Assembly (NCBI RefSeq): GCF_021028975.2
Contig: NC_059425.1
Coordinates: 155,682,001 to 155,746,000, forward strand
Reading direction: 5' to 3'
Source of the DNA: Sphaerodactylus townsendi
Lineage: Eukaryota
DNA length: 64,000 nt
Of this stretch, positions 36,209 to 48,993 are shown piece after piece. Below the pieces are notes generated by a model. The model was not told where the DNA came from, did no database searches, and saw only the letters and a list, made by a program, of their open reading frames with translations. The stretch's first letter is position 1, and every line of letters begins with the position of its first letter. The translations under genes were made by a program, and so were the position numbers.

Positions 36209-37448
36209 AGTATTACGTTGAGTTCCAAGGTTCAGTCTGAGCATAGGGATATGGTCAGTTTTAGGTTTTGGGTTTTTGTTAGAATTTTGGGAACAATTTA
36301 TGACTGAATAAATTAAATAAGAATAAAAAGTTAGGGTTAGGGTTCAGGCAAATGCAAGGGTTAAGGGAAAACCCCGAAACCTAAAACTGACCATACAGCT
36401 ATTCTCGGACTTCTCCCTAGAACTCAACATAACAGTAAGGCAAGCCCAAGCCTGAACCCTAACCCTAACTTTTTAAATTTATATTTATTTTATTCAGTCA
36501 TAAATTGTTCCCAAAATTCTAACAAAACCCCGAAACCTAATACTGACCATAGCCCTATTCTCGCACTGCGCCCTAGAACTCAACATAACACTAAGGCAAG
36601 CCTGAGCCCCTGCCCTTTCCTTGACCCTAACCTGTCATTTTTATTTCATTTATTTTTTCTTACAATTTTGGGGAAAATTTACAACTGAAAAAATTAAATA
36701 AAAATAATAAGTTAGGGTTAGGGTTGAGGCAAGAGCAAGGACTCGGGCTTCCCTGAGTGTTACGTTGTGTTCTTGGGGGCAGTCCGAGAATAGCTCTATG
36801 GTCAGTTTTAGGTTTTGGGGTTTTGCCTTAACCCTTGTCCTTGCCTGAACCCTAACCCTAACTTTTTATTTTTTATTGATTTATTCAGTCATAAATTGTT
36901 CCCAAAATTCTAACAAAAACCCGAAACCTAAAACTGACGATAGCCCTTTGCTCGGACTGAGCCCTGGAACTCAACGTAATACTAAGGCAAGCCTGAGCCC
37001 CTGCCATTTCCTTAACCCTAACCCTAACCTGTCATTTTTATTTAATTTATTCAGTTATACATTGTTCCCAAAATTGTAACAAAAACCCGAAACCTAAAAC
37101 TGACCATAGCCCTATTTTCGCACTGTGCCCTAGAACTCTACGTAACACTAAGGCAAGCCTGACCCCCTGCCTTTTCCTTTTCCTTAACCCTAACCCTAAC
37201 TTTTTATTTTCATTTGATTTATTTTTTCTTACATTTTTGGGAACAATTTATGACTGAAAAAATTAAATAAAAATAGTCAGTTAGGGTTAAGGCAAGAACA
37301 GGGACTCGGGCTTCCCTGAGTGTTACGTTGTGTTCTAGGGGGCAGTCTGAGAATAGCTGTGTGGTCAGTTTTAGTTTTAGGTTTTGGGGTTTTGCCTTAA
37401 CCCTTGCCCTTGCCTGAACCCTAAGCCTAACTTGCCTGAACCCTAAAG
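36209..37448. repeat. Complex satellite, ~165-bp monomer containing (CCCTAA)2-3, with units in both orientations
   Basis: Recurrent aaacctaaaactgaccatagc...ctagaactcaacgtaacactaaggcaagc...aaccctaaccctaac...cataaattgttcccaaaattctaac and its reverse complement. Confidence 0.93.
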
Positions 37449-37449
37449 C

Positions 37450-37649
37450 TGTGAGTGTTCCCTACACTTTGCCTCGTGCCTCCTTTGTGGCCAGCGCATG
37501 ACACCCAGAGAGAAATGGATCTTCCTTGAACCAATGTTTTTATTAGAACTCTCAGCAATTAGTCAAAAAGCATCTTGACGCAGATGCTTTAAGCAACTAT
37601 TACATTTATTACATCAAGCAACTATTACATTACAACCTCCCCCTCCTTC
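37450..37649 (-). mobile_element. Possible short 3' LTR (37450-37634) with polypurine tract (37636-37649)
   Basis: Minus strand gaaggagggggagg-t-TGTAATG ... AATAAA ... CTCACA. Confidence 0.45.
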
Positions 37650-38134
37650 TATAGCCGCCATCTCCAGCATTTGGGGCTGCAACAAGAGGGGTAGGCAATT
37701 ATTCATACTCTGCAGACAGAAGGATTTAGCACCAGTGGATCCAACCCAAAGGCCCTTGTTGCATTAGCAACCTTTTTGTCAGGTTCTGCTTCCATCAGGT
37801 CTGAGTCAAGAGCCATGATAGCTGCCACCAGCCCCTTTTAACTATCCAAAATCACCAGAAGCCAAGGAGCAAGCTTCTAACCTTCCTGGGATTAATGTCA
37901 AGAAAGTCACTCCTGCAAAGTAGGCCGTTTGCAGAGTGAGTTTCACAAAACCATTAACCTGGTAGATGTAGACACACATAGTCCTAGGTACTAGAATTAG
38001 ATTGAAGCCATTTATAGCGAAACAGCACAAAATATAATTAAAGTGATTTATTAAAATTGTGCAAAAATATTTCTAAGAAAACAGTTGGCAGTCAGGATTA
38101 AAATAACAAAATCTATATCAAAAGGTCTAATTAC

Positions 38135-38305
38135 ACAATAGTAGCTTTCGCAGCCAGATTCAACTGGTTGTGGTGGTTGTAGTGGTAGGTTTTCTGGGCT
38201 GTGTGGCCATGGTCTGGTAGATCTAAGAACTAGAATTCTGAGTTGGCCCGGGCCCATTGATCTACCAGACTACGGCCACACAGCCTGGAAAACCCACCAC
38301 AACCA
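38135..38305. mobile_element. Penelope-like inverted terminal fragment
   Basis: ~45-bp inverted arms ggttttctgggctgtgtggcc..gtctggtagatc / gatctaccagac..ggccacacagcctggaaaacc, related to the 6751 element. Confidence 0.65.
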
Positions 38306-39169
38306 ATAATAGTATTGGTTCAAGTTCCCAGCAGAAATCCTCCAGCAGTCGGAATTTCTATCCCATCAGCAAAGAAGAATTCACAAGATCCAAAGACAGA
38401 TCAAGGAGCACCAAAGACACCAAGAGCATGCAAAACTAGAAGTCTGAGTTGGCTAGGGCCCATTGACCAGTCGGATCTGTGGCTGGTAATGTCAATTAAT
38501 CACATAACCCTGTTACTATCCAGATGACCCAGAGGGTCAAAGTGAGATAAATTGGTAGGATTTATCTGTAGGCTAAACCCTCTCATTTCTCACAGATGAC
38601 AAGCTCACAATTTCATCAGCTAATTGAATTAAATGGGGCTTTGCTCGACTCAACCTTGGAGACTTAGAAGGGAGGCAGGACAGCAACTACTTCCTTCCAA
38701 CACCTGGATTCTTATCTCAGTTGCAAAAGGTCACAGCTTTTCTGGGTCTCAAGCAACAGCACAGTTATTTTTTTCCACTTTCCACTTTCTGTTGTAGGCC
38801 TAAAACATCAAACAATGTATGAGAGAACAAGAAACTGCATTAAGGGACTTAGTTCTTTGACAATCATTTCCCATGAGTATCCCCCTTTCACTACTGCAGG
38901 TATTTGTACAGGTGAGCTGGCCTTAGTAACCTGCTCTAGGAAAGTAATCAAAAGGATTGGCCTATATAATTATTTTTTTTAAAATAGCAATTTTAAAAAG
39001 TAAAAGTATTACATAGTCTGCAGTTTGGTACCATGGAAGTAGCAGTAGAAGATTTCATTTCCCCTGCATTACAGAGCACCAAAGACTTTTATTTTCTTTA
39101 TTTACAAATATGCAAATATGCAAACAGAGCATAACAGAAACAAGGAGGCACCTGTTCAGCAGATGGGAG

Positions 39170-39550
39170 ATCTATTGATGCTGCATAAGATCCCCAGACA
39201 GCAACCATTGAAGCTGACATAAGGTGGCAACTACATCTAGCTAACTCCAGCAAAACTCTCAACTCTTTTCCAAGTTACGATATCTCTCACACATACCTGC
39301 AAAGCATTCATTGCAGCTCCCATCCCAAACAGATAAACAATCCATTCTTGAAATTACCCTTGGCATAAAGAACAGTGAACAGTCTTTTCTCGGGTCTTCT
39401 TTCCACACTTGCCTAAACCTTTCCATGAGTTTTTCAGTACAAATCCATAACAAATCCATAACAACCAACAGATCAACCCCTTTCAGAATCACTTACAAAA
39501 ATAAGTAGCTTTTCAAGATCTGTTAAGCTTCTTCAAGAACAATAGGAAAA
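39170..39550 (-). mobile_element. L1/Tx1-clade ORF2 relic
   Basis: Minus-frame KLMERFRQVWKED...and CFAGMCERYRN resemble the post-RT region of reptile L1; boundaries approximate. Confidence 0.45.
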
Positions 39551-40316
39551 AATAACACCTTTGGGTAAGGAGGAGCTTGCTGTTGGAGGGTCACTTTGAA
39601 GAACAAAATCAATATATTTGAAGAAGTCATAACTAACAATATAGGTTATTTGTGTGACTGTGTATTTTGCACTGGATGATGGAGAATAGCTGGTAGAACT
39701 ATTAATGTGCTTTAGGTTATTAGGAATATAAAATACGAGGGGAAACGGAAGTTCAATAAACTATATCAATTCATATATATGATTAATTAAATGTATAAGA
39801 GGTACATTTTGGGCAAAGTAGAATTGAAGCCTGGGAAATTTTAATGGAGTTTAAACCAAATTTTTAGAAGAGCTACGTAAAGTTTGAAAAATCTGGAAAC
39901 AAGATGAACATTGCTCTTTGTGACCAAAAGCATGCATGCTGGTGCACAGCTACTGAAAGCTTCTGCATTGGATAAATGGTTGACTGAGTTTATCAGACTT
40001 TTCAAAAATTATCATGGGTCACCAGTGTGGGCTGAATTATATGTTCCAGAACAGTGTACTTCTAAGCAGAATTAGACTATCAAGTCAACTGAAGTCAAGG
40101 GATTTAGAAGGATGTAACTTTGATTTAGGATTGCACTGTTATGCACAGGCATGATTCCTGTTTTGAAAAATATGTTCTGAATATTCCCTCGGGAAAAGAG
40201 TGGTCATAGCAAGCTGATGTATTTTTGTTTATTCGCTGAACTGTTCACAGTTTATGTCCCTTATCGAATCTTGGATTGTATCAAGCTGTCCTTATGCCTT
40301 TGCCATTTCTCTTAAA

Positions 40317-40958
40317 TCTGGTGGTGATGGAAAGTGCTGTCAAATCACAGAAGGGCTATGGTGTCTCCAGAGGGTTTCCTAGGCAAGAGATGCTCATGTA
40401 ACCTCTATCTGTGGGTTCTGTGGGGCAGAACTTGGAATGAGTTTGCAACAACAAATTTTAAAAACAAAATGGTTTACTTTCTTAACATATAACATCAACA
40501 TTTAACATCGCACTTCAAGGTCCTGTTCAGGTTGCATTTTCAAGTCCTTATATTTACAGTCTACTGATACTGCCAAGTCCAATTCTTCTTTGCAAGTGGG
40601 TTGGCTCCTGAAGACTCCAAGGGCTTGATGAACAGGATTCAACATGATGAAGGTTTCCAGGAGGACTCTCACCCATTACAACCACAAAAAGAAACCCAAG
40701 GTCCGAGTCTGATAGCCTTGTCTCCTCCAAACTACATGAGGTCTGCAGCCTCTTGCTGCTTTGAGTCTCCACCCCTTACTGGGTCAACCCATTCTGAGCA
40801 TGGGGGTTACACTCACAGGCCATTTTCCATTGCCTGACTGAGCATAGCAACCCTGGACTTCCTTGGTGGTCTCTCTTCCAAGTATTCACCAGGGCTGCCC
40901 CTGTTTAGCGTATGGGATCTGATGAGATCAGGCTAACCTGGGCCACGCAGGTCAGGGT
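40317..40958 (-). mobile_element. 5S rRNA-derived SINE split by a solo LTR
   Basis: Minus strand gcctgatctcatcagatc...ctggtgaatacttggaagagagaccacc (5S-like) at ~40850-40957; body continues left of the LTR. Confidence 0.7.
40397..40811 (-). mobile_element. Solo LTR (415 bp)
   Basis: TGTAACC...GGTTACA inverted ends; perfect 4-bp TSD CTCA; orientation tentative. Confidence 0.8.
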
Positions 40959-42149
40959 CTCTTAAATCTACACAAGGACATTTTCCACAGCAGTATTCAA
41001 AACATGTCCAATTCTTATATAGGATTATCACCTTCTTTCTGGAAGTAGGAGATATCCCATTCCCATCGCCTGTTGCATACTGTCACTGATCTGGGTGTGG
41101 AAGGAAATGCTTAAACAAAATGGGTGGTGTGATGAGCATCCCCAGCATGATCGCATTGGTTCCAACACAACACAATCTAGCATTTGGTTCAAACACCACC
41201 AAAAAAAAAATCTTATTCTGATACTGAATTTGATGAAGAAAATTCTTTCTTTGTTGAAGGAAGTCTTTCTCTGTTGGAAGAAAACTTTGTGAAAGGGAGT
41301 AATACAATCCAAACATTTTCATTTACCAGAATGGGCATGGAATTAACAACAATGATGATGACAACCATGACATTAAGGAGCACGGCTTTGTGTGTATGAT
41401 TGTTTTTGCTATGACTATATTGCAGAAAATCCTCCATCTTTGAAGGAGGAGATCCCATTGAACTGAGTAGGGACTTCCACTCAAGTAAAGAGGATTGGGG
41501 TATTCACATCTTAATAACTTTCTCCTGTTTCTTCTGATAAGGTCTCTTAGAAAGCTGTAATATGCATTTGCCTCCTCTCACAGATCTATCAAAAACAGGA
41601 AAACAGGATGGTGGCATGCATTTTGCTTCTAACACTCCATTTTGCTTCTAACATCAAGCCACACAGTGAGAAGCATCATAAGATGTCAGCTTTTCATTCC
41701 TCTACATACTTAAAACTATCTACGCCAAATAAAAGTGCAGCTAAGGAGGTGTGCCTTACTCTAAAATAAACTTGCCTAGTACCTGTGTTTTCTTAGTACA
41801 ACTTATAGCACAGAGTAGCCATTAACTTGATGAACTGAGAATTGCACAATGATAAGGAAGCTGTTTTATGAGGTTTCTCTAATAATGAGGGAAGACCAAG
41901 GTCAGGACCACAGAGCTAACACCCTACAGCAGAGAGAGTGCCAGAGTAATAAGCAAAAACTGCCAGGTCCACAAGTTTACCTTTTCAAAAACCAAATCAA
42001 CATCTCCTGTTTCTGCTTGTAATCACCTTTCTGACCTCATTCTCCTCCAAATATTGTATAAAGAATCTTCATATAGTCGCTGAAAATGTCATCAAAACAC
42101 CAAAAAATTTGTCTTGAAAATGGATCTTTCCTTCCCAACTGTGTTTACA

Positions 42150-42430
42150 TCTAGGGTCCCTTTACCACCACTGGGACCCATCGCCTTACTCCTCCCTTTT
42201 TTCTTTGTCGAGCAGGGTTTTTAAAAAATGGGTTATTTGCAGAATGCTGTTTTTTATACTGTTTATTGTATTGCACTGAACGCTGCTTTTAATGGGGGTT
42301 TTAGCACTTATGTTTTGGGAGTTTATATTGTTTTATGATCTGTATTAGTCTGATACTCCATCTGTTTTTGTGTGTGTTGTGTTGTGGACTTCCCAGAGCC
42401 CTTCAGGGGAAGGGCGGTATATAAGTCTTG
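42150..42430 (+). mobile_element. L2 LINE 3' end; (TAAA)n tail displaced to ~42815-42835
   Basis: gagcccttcaggggaagggcggtatataa terminal motif; boundaries approximate. Confidence 0.6.
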
Positions 42431-42436
42431 AACCAG

Positions 42437-42813
42437 GGGCCATTCATTGAAAATGCTGGGGGGGGAGAATTAGGACTAATAAAAGGAAACACTTCTTCAC
42501 ACAACGTGTGATTGGTGTTTGGAATATGCTGCCACAGGAGGTGGTGATGGCCACTAACCTGGATAACTTTAAAAGGGGCTTGGACAGATTTATGGAGGAA
42601 AAGTCGATCTATGGCTACCAATCTTGATCCTCCTTGATCTCAGATTGCAAATGCCTTAGCAGACCAGGTGCTCAGGAGCAGCAGCAGCAGAAGGCCATTG
42701 CTTTCACATCCTGCACGTGAGCTCCCAAAGGCACTTGGTGGGCCACTGTGAGTAGAAGAGTGCTGGACTAGATGGACTCTGGTCTGATCCAGCAGGCTAG
42801 TTCTTATGTTCTT
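42437..42813 (+). mobile_element. CR1 LINE 3' fragment
   Basis: RIRTNKRKHFFTQRVIGVWNMLPQEVVMATNLDNFKRGLDRFM; tail gttcttatgttctt. Confidence 0.9.
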
Positions 42814-45800
42814 ATTATAAATAAATAAATAAAATCTTGAGGCTTAAATTGCATGTGGGCAACTGGGGCTGAATAAAGTGTGATTCTTGGTAAACTTTCC
42901 TACTGATGTCGTCCTTTGTGCCTATGGCTGCATTTCAAGTATTGCTGATCACTACTGCAAGGTGGGAAAAAAATCCCTCAAATTTACTGGGGGAGAGGGG
43001 CTGATAGCATTTTTATCCATAGCAAAACATTCTAATAGCAGTACTAGAAGTATTGAGAGGGGAGAACATATTTTAATGTCATTTTAGCAGGCCCAGTAGC
43101 ACAAAGTTAAGTGTTCAAGGTATTAACAATGCATAAATTGGGGCATGGTTAAATCACATGCAAAGAACACTGTGTTTTTCATGGAGGTGATAAGATAGCA
43201 AAAGTTCAGAAAAAGAGAAAGGGAAAGTCTTGATAGGTGATCCGGATATGACAAGAGCCTGGCAAGGAGATCAAACTGCTTTGATGTCAATATGAAACTG
43301 GAAAGCTGAAAAAAGGGCACTTCTGATCCCTTTAGGGAAGATTCTTTCTTTGGGAAAATGTTGCAGTAAAAGCTGTCACTTAAGGCAGCTAAAATCTTTA
43401 TCTAATCACAAGTGCACCAACTTTTGTTCTATAAAGATCCAGAATGTCTGCTATTTCGGAAGCATAAAAAAATATTGGTTTTGATGCCCTCTTTCTTTTT
43501 AAAAAAAGTCATGCCTCCCTTTTGTCACACACAAACTGATCCTGTGGTCTTAGGACTGACTTCTGTACTTTTGGAGATCAACCATAAAGTCTAAACATTA
43601 AACAATGGTCTGAAGGAACACGAACTATCAACCATAAAGTAGCCTGGGACCAATTTATGCACAAGGCATCTGCTGTGCCATGGAGTCAGATGTGCGTTGC
43701 CACAAGATTTCTTGTACGGACATATTTCCTCAAGCCCCACTTTCACTTTCTAGTCTTCCCGTGGCGAGACCACTTCTAGCATGAATTTAATTTTACTTTG
43801 CAGGCAGAGTTGCCAGTGGGTCCAGCTTTGCTCTGGACTTCTTCCCTCCACCCACAGCCAGCTGACCTAGTCTCACCCCCTTACTCTAGCCCCAGTGCTT
43901 TGCATACCTTCCCCCTCTGCCTCTCTAAATGCTTGTATCAATACATTGATAGGAAAAACAGAAGCTGGGTCTCTTTTTGTCTCCACCCCACCTCCCCTGC
44001 TCTGCTTCTGCCCTCCCTGATCATTGGGAGTGCTTTTTAGACCTTTATTTCAATCAAGACTGTACTTTAAAACAATTTTTCTGGTGGCTGCAGCAGCAGC
44101 AGAGAGAGGGGGAGGGGACTCTAACTGCTGTAGGGTGTTAGCTCTGAAAAATGTGAGGAGACCCCTCTGCAAGCCCTGTGTGAACTGAAGAACCCCAAGG
44201 TAAGCATTCCATGTGTAATGAGCCCAGGTGTAAGTATTGCCCAGATGGGAAACCACCTCGGAGCTTTCTGTAAACTGCAAAATTTCTAGAGGAAGATGGG
44301 ATAATATTTTGAAAATAAAACTTTCATAACTATAAGGTTTAGATTAGAATCACACCGACTTGGGTAATTTCCAAGTAAATATGCATAGGACTGGGCTGTT
44401 AATTAATTTTAAAAAAGGGAGAGGACTTTCAGCTCTACAGTTAATCCTCAATCTGATGCTCAGTAAAACTAAACTGAAAAGAGGAAATCTGCTCAAATTG
44501 TGCTTATATAGCAGCACATTCTTTGGAGGAGAAAAAGGGCATTTGGAAAATACAGTTGTACTAAATTGATTTTGATGTCTTGAGTCACTTGAGATGGCTA
44601 ATACATAAAGGTGAAAGCAGCTGTCATGCTCAAAGTCTGTCTCTGGGACACTGTGATGCACTTTTTGTGTGAATGTGTGGCTAGAGGAGGGAGCATTTTT
44701 AACCTTGCATCTGCTCCAATCCCATCTAATTTGAATACTTTGCATGGCACACTACTCAATGTGTCTCTTTAATGTCTTCCGCTAAGCACGCTCTGCCTGA
44801 TTGAGGCTCATTACATTATTCCACCTGTCAAATAATATGTAATGAAGATAAGTGAGCCTTTCCAGGGATTCAATCTTTTCATTGCCCTGTGGATCGCCTA
44901 AAACTTATTTCATCTCGCAGGTTCAGAGGAAAAAAAACAATGTAACACCTATGTTGAACTAATTTAAATGTTTAGCCTCCTTATCTGAGCAGCATGATCA
45001 ATAGAACAGTTGTCGCAGCAAGACTAGATAGGTAATGCATTGGCAATGCTTTGTTAGCCTTCATACTATTTATTGTACCAAATCCTAGCCTCCTTTTTCA
45101 ACATCTTATACCTTAAAGACAACACATAATTTCTTACTGTTCTAAGACTTCATATCAAATATTTTTAAAATATTTACCTGAAGAGGAGCAATATATAATT
45201 TAAAAAAACACCTTCCAACTTGAATTTGTTTTACATTTTTTGCTATTTTTTGAACTCATAGTTTATTGAGTTTTGTATGCAATTCAGTCCACAGCTTGTC
45301 CACTGTTTTCATAACACATGCTGGGAAAGAGTGTTTTCTGCCTGAGACTCTGGAGCGCCCTACCTCCCAAGGAAGGATATACTGGGCTGGAGAGACCATT
45401 AATTTGACTTTACATAAGGGCCATTTGTGTTTTTAGTAGGACAAACTGCACTAGGAGTTCAACTAATTTATGCATAATACCAGATGGAAGAAACCTATCT
45501 GTTGAAGGACACTGGAAAAACTGCCATGAAACAAATGCATCACAATCAAGCATAACTGTTAAACCAGCTGATAAGGTATGACATGTCTCAAAATGTTGTA
45601 GAATATCATCTAAATGAGCACAAACCTTTTCATTTCCTATAGGCAACTGCAAAATATGCATTCAGAATATAGGAATGAACATATACATAATAATGTTACT
45701 AATTTATTGCCTGATTAGTATAAATGGGTGTTTGGGGCTAAAACTTTGGTTAATGGTGGTTAAGGTGCATGACAAAATAATTGTATTATTCTGTCATGGA

Positions 45801-46730
45801 TTGTTCCTTATGGGAGCTAATTATGAAGAGAGAGTGCACTTGTTTGAAGACATCACAACACAGGAAATGGGGCAGGTATGTGAGCATGTGTGGGAAAAGC
45901 AAGAAAGCAAGTAAGCTGTGAGTTGGCTGAAAGATGAAGTACCTTGAAGGTTTCTTTCTCTCTGGAATTCTTCTTTGGATAACTACTTTGCCTCCACTTA
46001 TATTCTATTTGCATCTATATTAATTAAATATTACAGTGGCTTCATTAATCTCTACAGTAATGTTGCTCCAGCAACTTCTGATCACTGGAAAAAGTAGGGA
46101 GTATACCGTAATAATAGCAGAACTTGGTAACTCAATACAATTTAGTAAAATTTAAAAAAATGGAAAATTGTTCAGTCAGATATAATGACAAGCTAACTAA
46201 GAAAGGATGGATAAGATTAATGTTAGAACAATTTTAGAAAAATGAGGGATCAAATGGGAACTGGTTTTTCAAATATCACAGAACATGTTTAAAGACTTCT
46301 GATGAATAACACAACTGTGTAATCAGACATACTTATGGGGCTAAAACTATTCCATGAGTTTATTTTAAAAAATCTTGAAAAGCAAAACATCTAATTAACT
46401 TTTGATGTATCCAATTAAAATTCAGCGTAAAGGACCATAAAGAAAGTTTCATTCTCAATGTATTCTTTTTTTTCTTCCCCTAGCAGGTATAGACTGTCTG
46501 CAATGAATGCCACCAGTTTTATATTTCATGTTACAAAACAGTTGTAATCTAGAAAGTGAAAATATACTCAAGAGTTCAAAGGCTAACTGATGTTCATGAA
46601 AAATAAAAACTCTTCTGAGCCCATTAGCGGATGATCAGAGTAAAGCACAAGAAGTCAAAGTTTAAACTCACAATTAGGAATACAAATACACACACCTAAA
46701 ATCTTCAAAACTGATCCTGAGGAACACATA

Positions 46731-47263
46731 GGCCTGTTTTGCATGGGCAACATAAACAGGCTAAACTGTGTTGCCTGTATCGCCGATTTCACAACGGGTG
46801 TAGGGGCTATCTGGGATTGCTGGGATCCCAGCATCAGGATGTGGCATGGTTCACACAGGAAACACTGTGTTTCCCTGCAAACCTTGCATCTAAGAATCCT
46901 CCCACCCGAGAATACCCCCCCCCACCAGTGAATCCCACACACACACTTACCAGCACAAAATGGCAGCCGCCTGGAGAATCCACTCTAAAAGTGGCCGCCT
47001 GGAGAATCCACCATAACGGTGGACAGAAGGGGGTGGGGAATAGAACATTTTCTGCTTGCCATAGTTTGCACAGACAAGCAGGATGCATCTGAAACCTGGG
47101 TTTAAAGGGGGAAAGTCACTAATTTAGCTACTTTAATTTAACCCGGATTCAGGCAAATATAACAGATTAGAGGCATTTTGGGGCGAGTTCGTAGGGAACT
47201 TCTCCTCCATAACACTTTTTTCACCTCCCAAACATGTTATATTTGGCCTGTGTGGAATCACCC
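46731..47263. mobile_element. Old Harbinger-like MITE
   Basis: Decayed ends ggcctgttttgcatgggcaacataaaca / tgttatatttggcctgtgtggaatcaccc. Confidence 0.45.
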
Positions 47264-47659
47264 TGAATCAACTGAACAAGTATTTAAGCTCAGCAGCTCA
47301 AGGATTTTTAAAAAGAAGGCTTGCTTTGATGGTTCCAGCTGACCACCTCTGTTGGAAATCTGTTGGTCCTCTGATTGCTTATGCCTCCGTGTCCCCAATG
47401 TCAGTGCCCAGGTGCCTGCCCTTGCCCATGGTTGAGGTCAGTACCCAAAGCAAATACTGGAGAATGACACCAGTGTTTTATGCAGGTCCCGATGCCTTAA
47501 TACCTCTCATCTTCAGAGATGTTATCCCGATCAGCCCCCAATATCCTGGGATCAGGCATTTCCTTACACCATCTTAGACATATTCATGAACACTGACGAG
47601 AAAAAAGGCTCGAACTCTTCATGGACAAACTTTCCGTTTCCCTCTCTCTCCTTATTCTA

Positions 47660-47930
47660 TAACAGCAAGTGGATCCACCGCCCTGTCCCCCTTTTGGGGC
47701 TCTGGGTGAATTGAAGCTGGTGCCATCTTGTTTTAATGTTAGTTTAATGTTAATTTTAATAATGTTGTATTTTAATAAGATAGGGTTTATTTATTAGAGC
47801 CATATTTAACTCATATTTATTGGATTTTAATCTATTATTGTGCTCTATTATGTGTTGTTCACCGCGCTGAGCCCTCCGGGGGAGGGCGGTCTATAAACCC
47901 AATAAATAATAATAAAATAATAATAATAAT
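47660..47930 (+). mobile_element. L2 LINE 3' end
   Basis: accgcgctgagccctccgggggagggcggtctataaa + (TAA)n tail. Confidence 0.7.
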
Positions 47931-48569
47931 TCAAAACTGTTAGTTCAATTCAGGACAAAACTTTTCAAGTGAACTGACTATATCTTGATCTAAATGACAC
48001 CACTTGCCACATTCCTGGTTGGTGATATGGTGTCTGGTGTGAGTATTTAGCACATGTGCTAAATAATGCAAACAATAATATACAGTGTGTCATGTAGGAT
48101 TTAAAAAAAATTCCATTGCAGAGTATTCCCCACACTAGACTCTGGAGGTACCATATCCCACAGACTCCTAAAGCAGCTTGATTGTTTCCATTCCTTCAGA
48201 TGGTTTGGAACTCAGTGACCACCAGATACTGAAATTCTTGTTCCCATGAGAGTGATGCAAATGTACAGAATTCAAAACCCAATGCAATCGAACAATAACC
48301 CATTTACATCAAAAAACCATGAATCAGGAAGATTCACACGGTGGCAAGCTAACACCTCAATATGATAAAAACACACAGTAAACACTATGCATGAACTGTT
48401 ACATGAAAACAGAAAATAGCCCAGGGTGAACTGCATCATATAGACCAGGCCTGACATTATTTTTTTTAAGTATCTGTGCAAACAAAAACCATACTAAGTG
48501 AATAACTGTACCTAACTGAAACAATTGTAGGATGCATTTGTGCCATTATTTGGAAGGAAGAACAATATA

Positions 48570-48993
48570 CAGCCCAATCCAAAAGAGGGGTGTGAACTGG
48601 TATATGTAGCTAGCACAGGGCCACAACAGCATGTTTGTCCACCCTGAATATGTGGCACATATGCAGGTCGGATGGGCAAATTGGGAGGCAGGAGGGTGCC
48701 ACACAGCTTCCCAGCGCTCAACCTGGGAATGCCTGCCCAACTGAAGACCTGTGCCGTCCTACACCTGGCTGCCAGTGCAGCTGGGGGTGGCACCAACATT
48801 AATTGGCTTCCACTGGACTTTCAGGCCAGGAACTGCCTGAGCCTAGCCCTTGGATTTATGCCACTCAAAAGACAGTCAAGGTTTTTCTTTCCTTTTTATG
48901 GCCACCTTACACAGCCTGAAAAGTCCTTTGAAGGCAGCACGGTGGCATGGCAACAGAGCTGCCCCTGGCTGCCACAGCCTCTGGATTGGGCCA
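48570..48993. mobile_element. Old MITE with CAGCCCAATCC TIRs (related copies ~25334, ~52498, ~57184)
   Basis: ta|cagcccaatcc ... ggattgggcc. Confidence 0.6.

Noticed and set aside
36209-37448. CRISPR array or true telomere/fusion site
   Set aside because: Eukaryotic DNA with no unique spacers; hexamer runs are only 2-3 units embedded in longer monomers
41184-41399. Acidic ORF (SYSDTEFDEENSFF) as exon or pseudogene
   Set aside because: No recognisable family and no convincing splice sites
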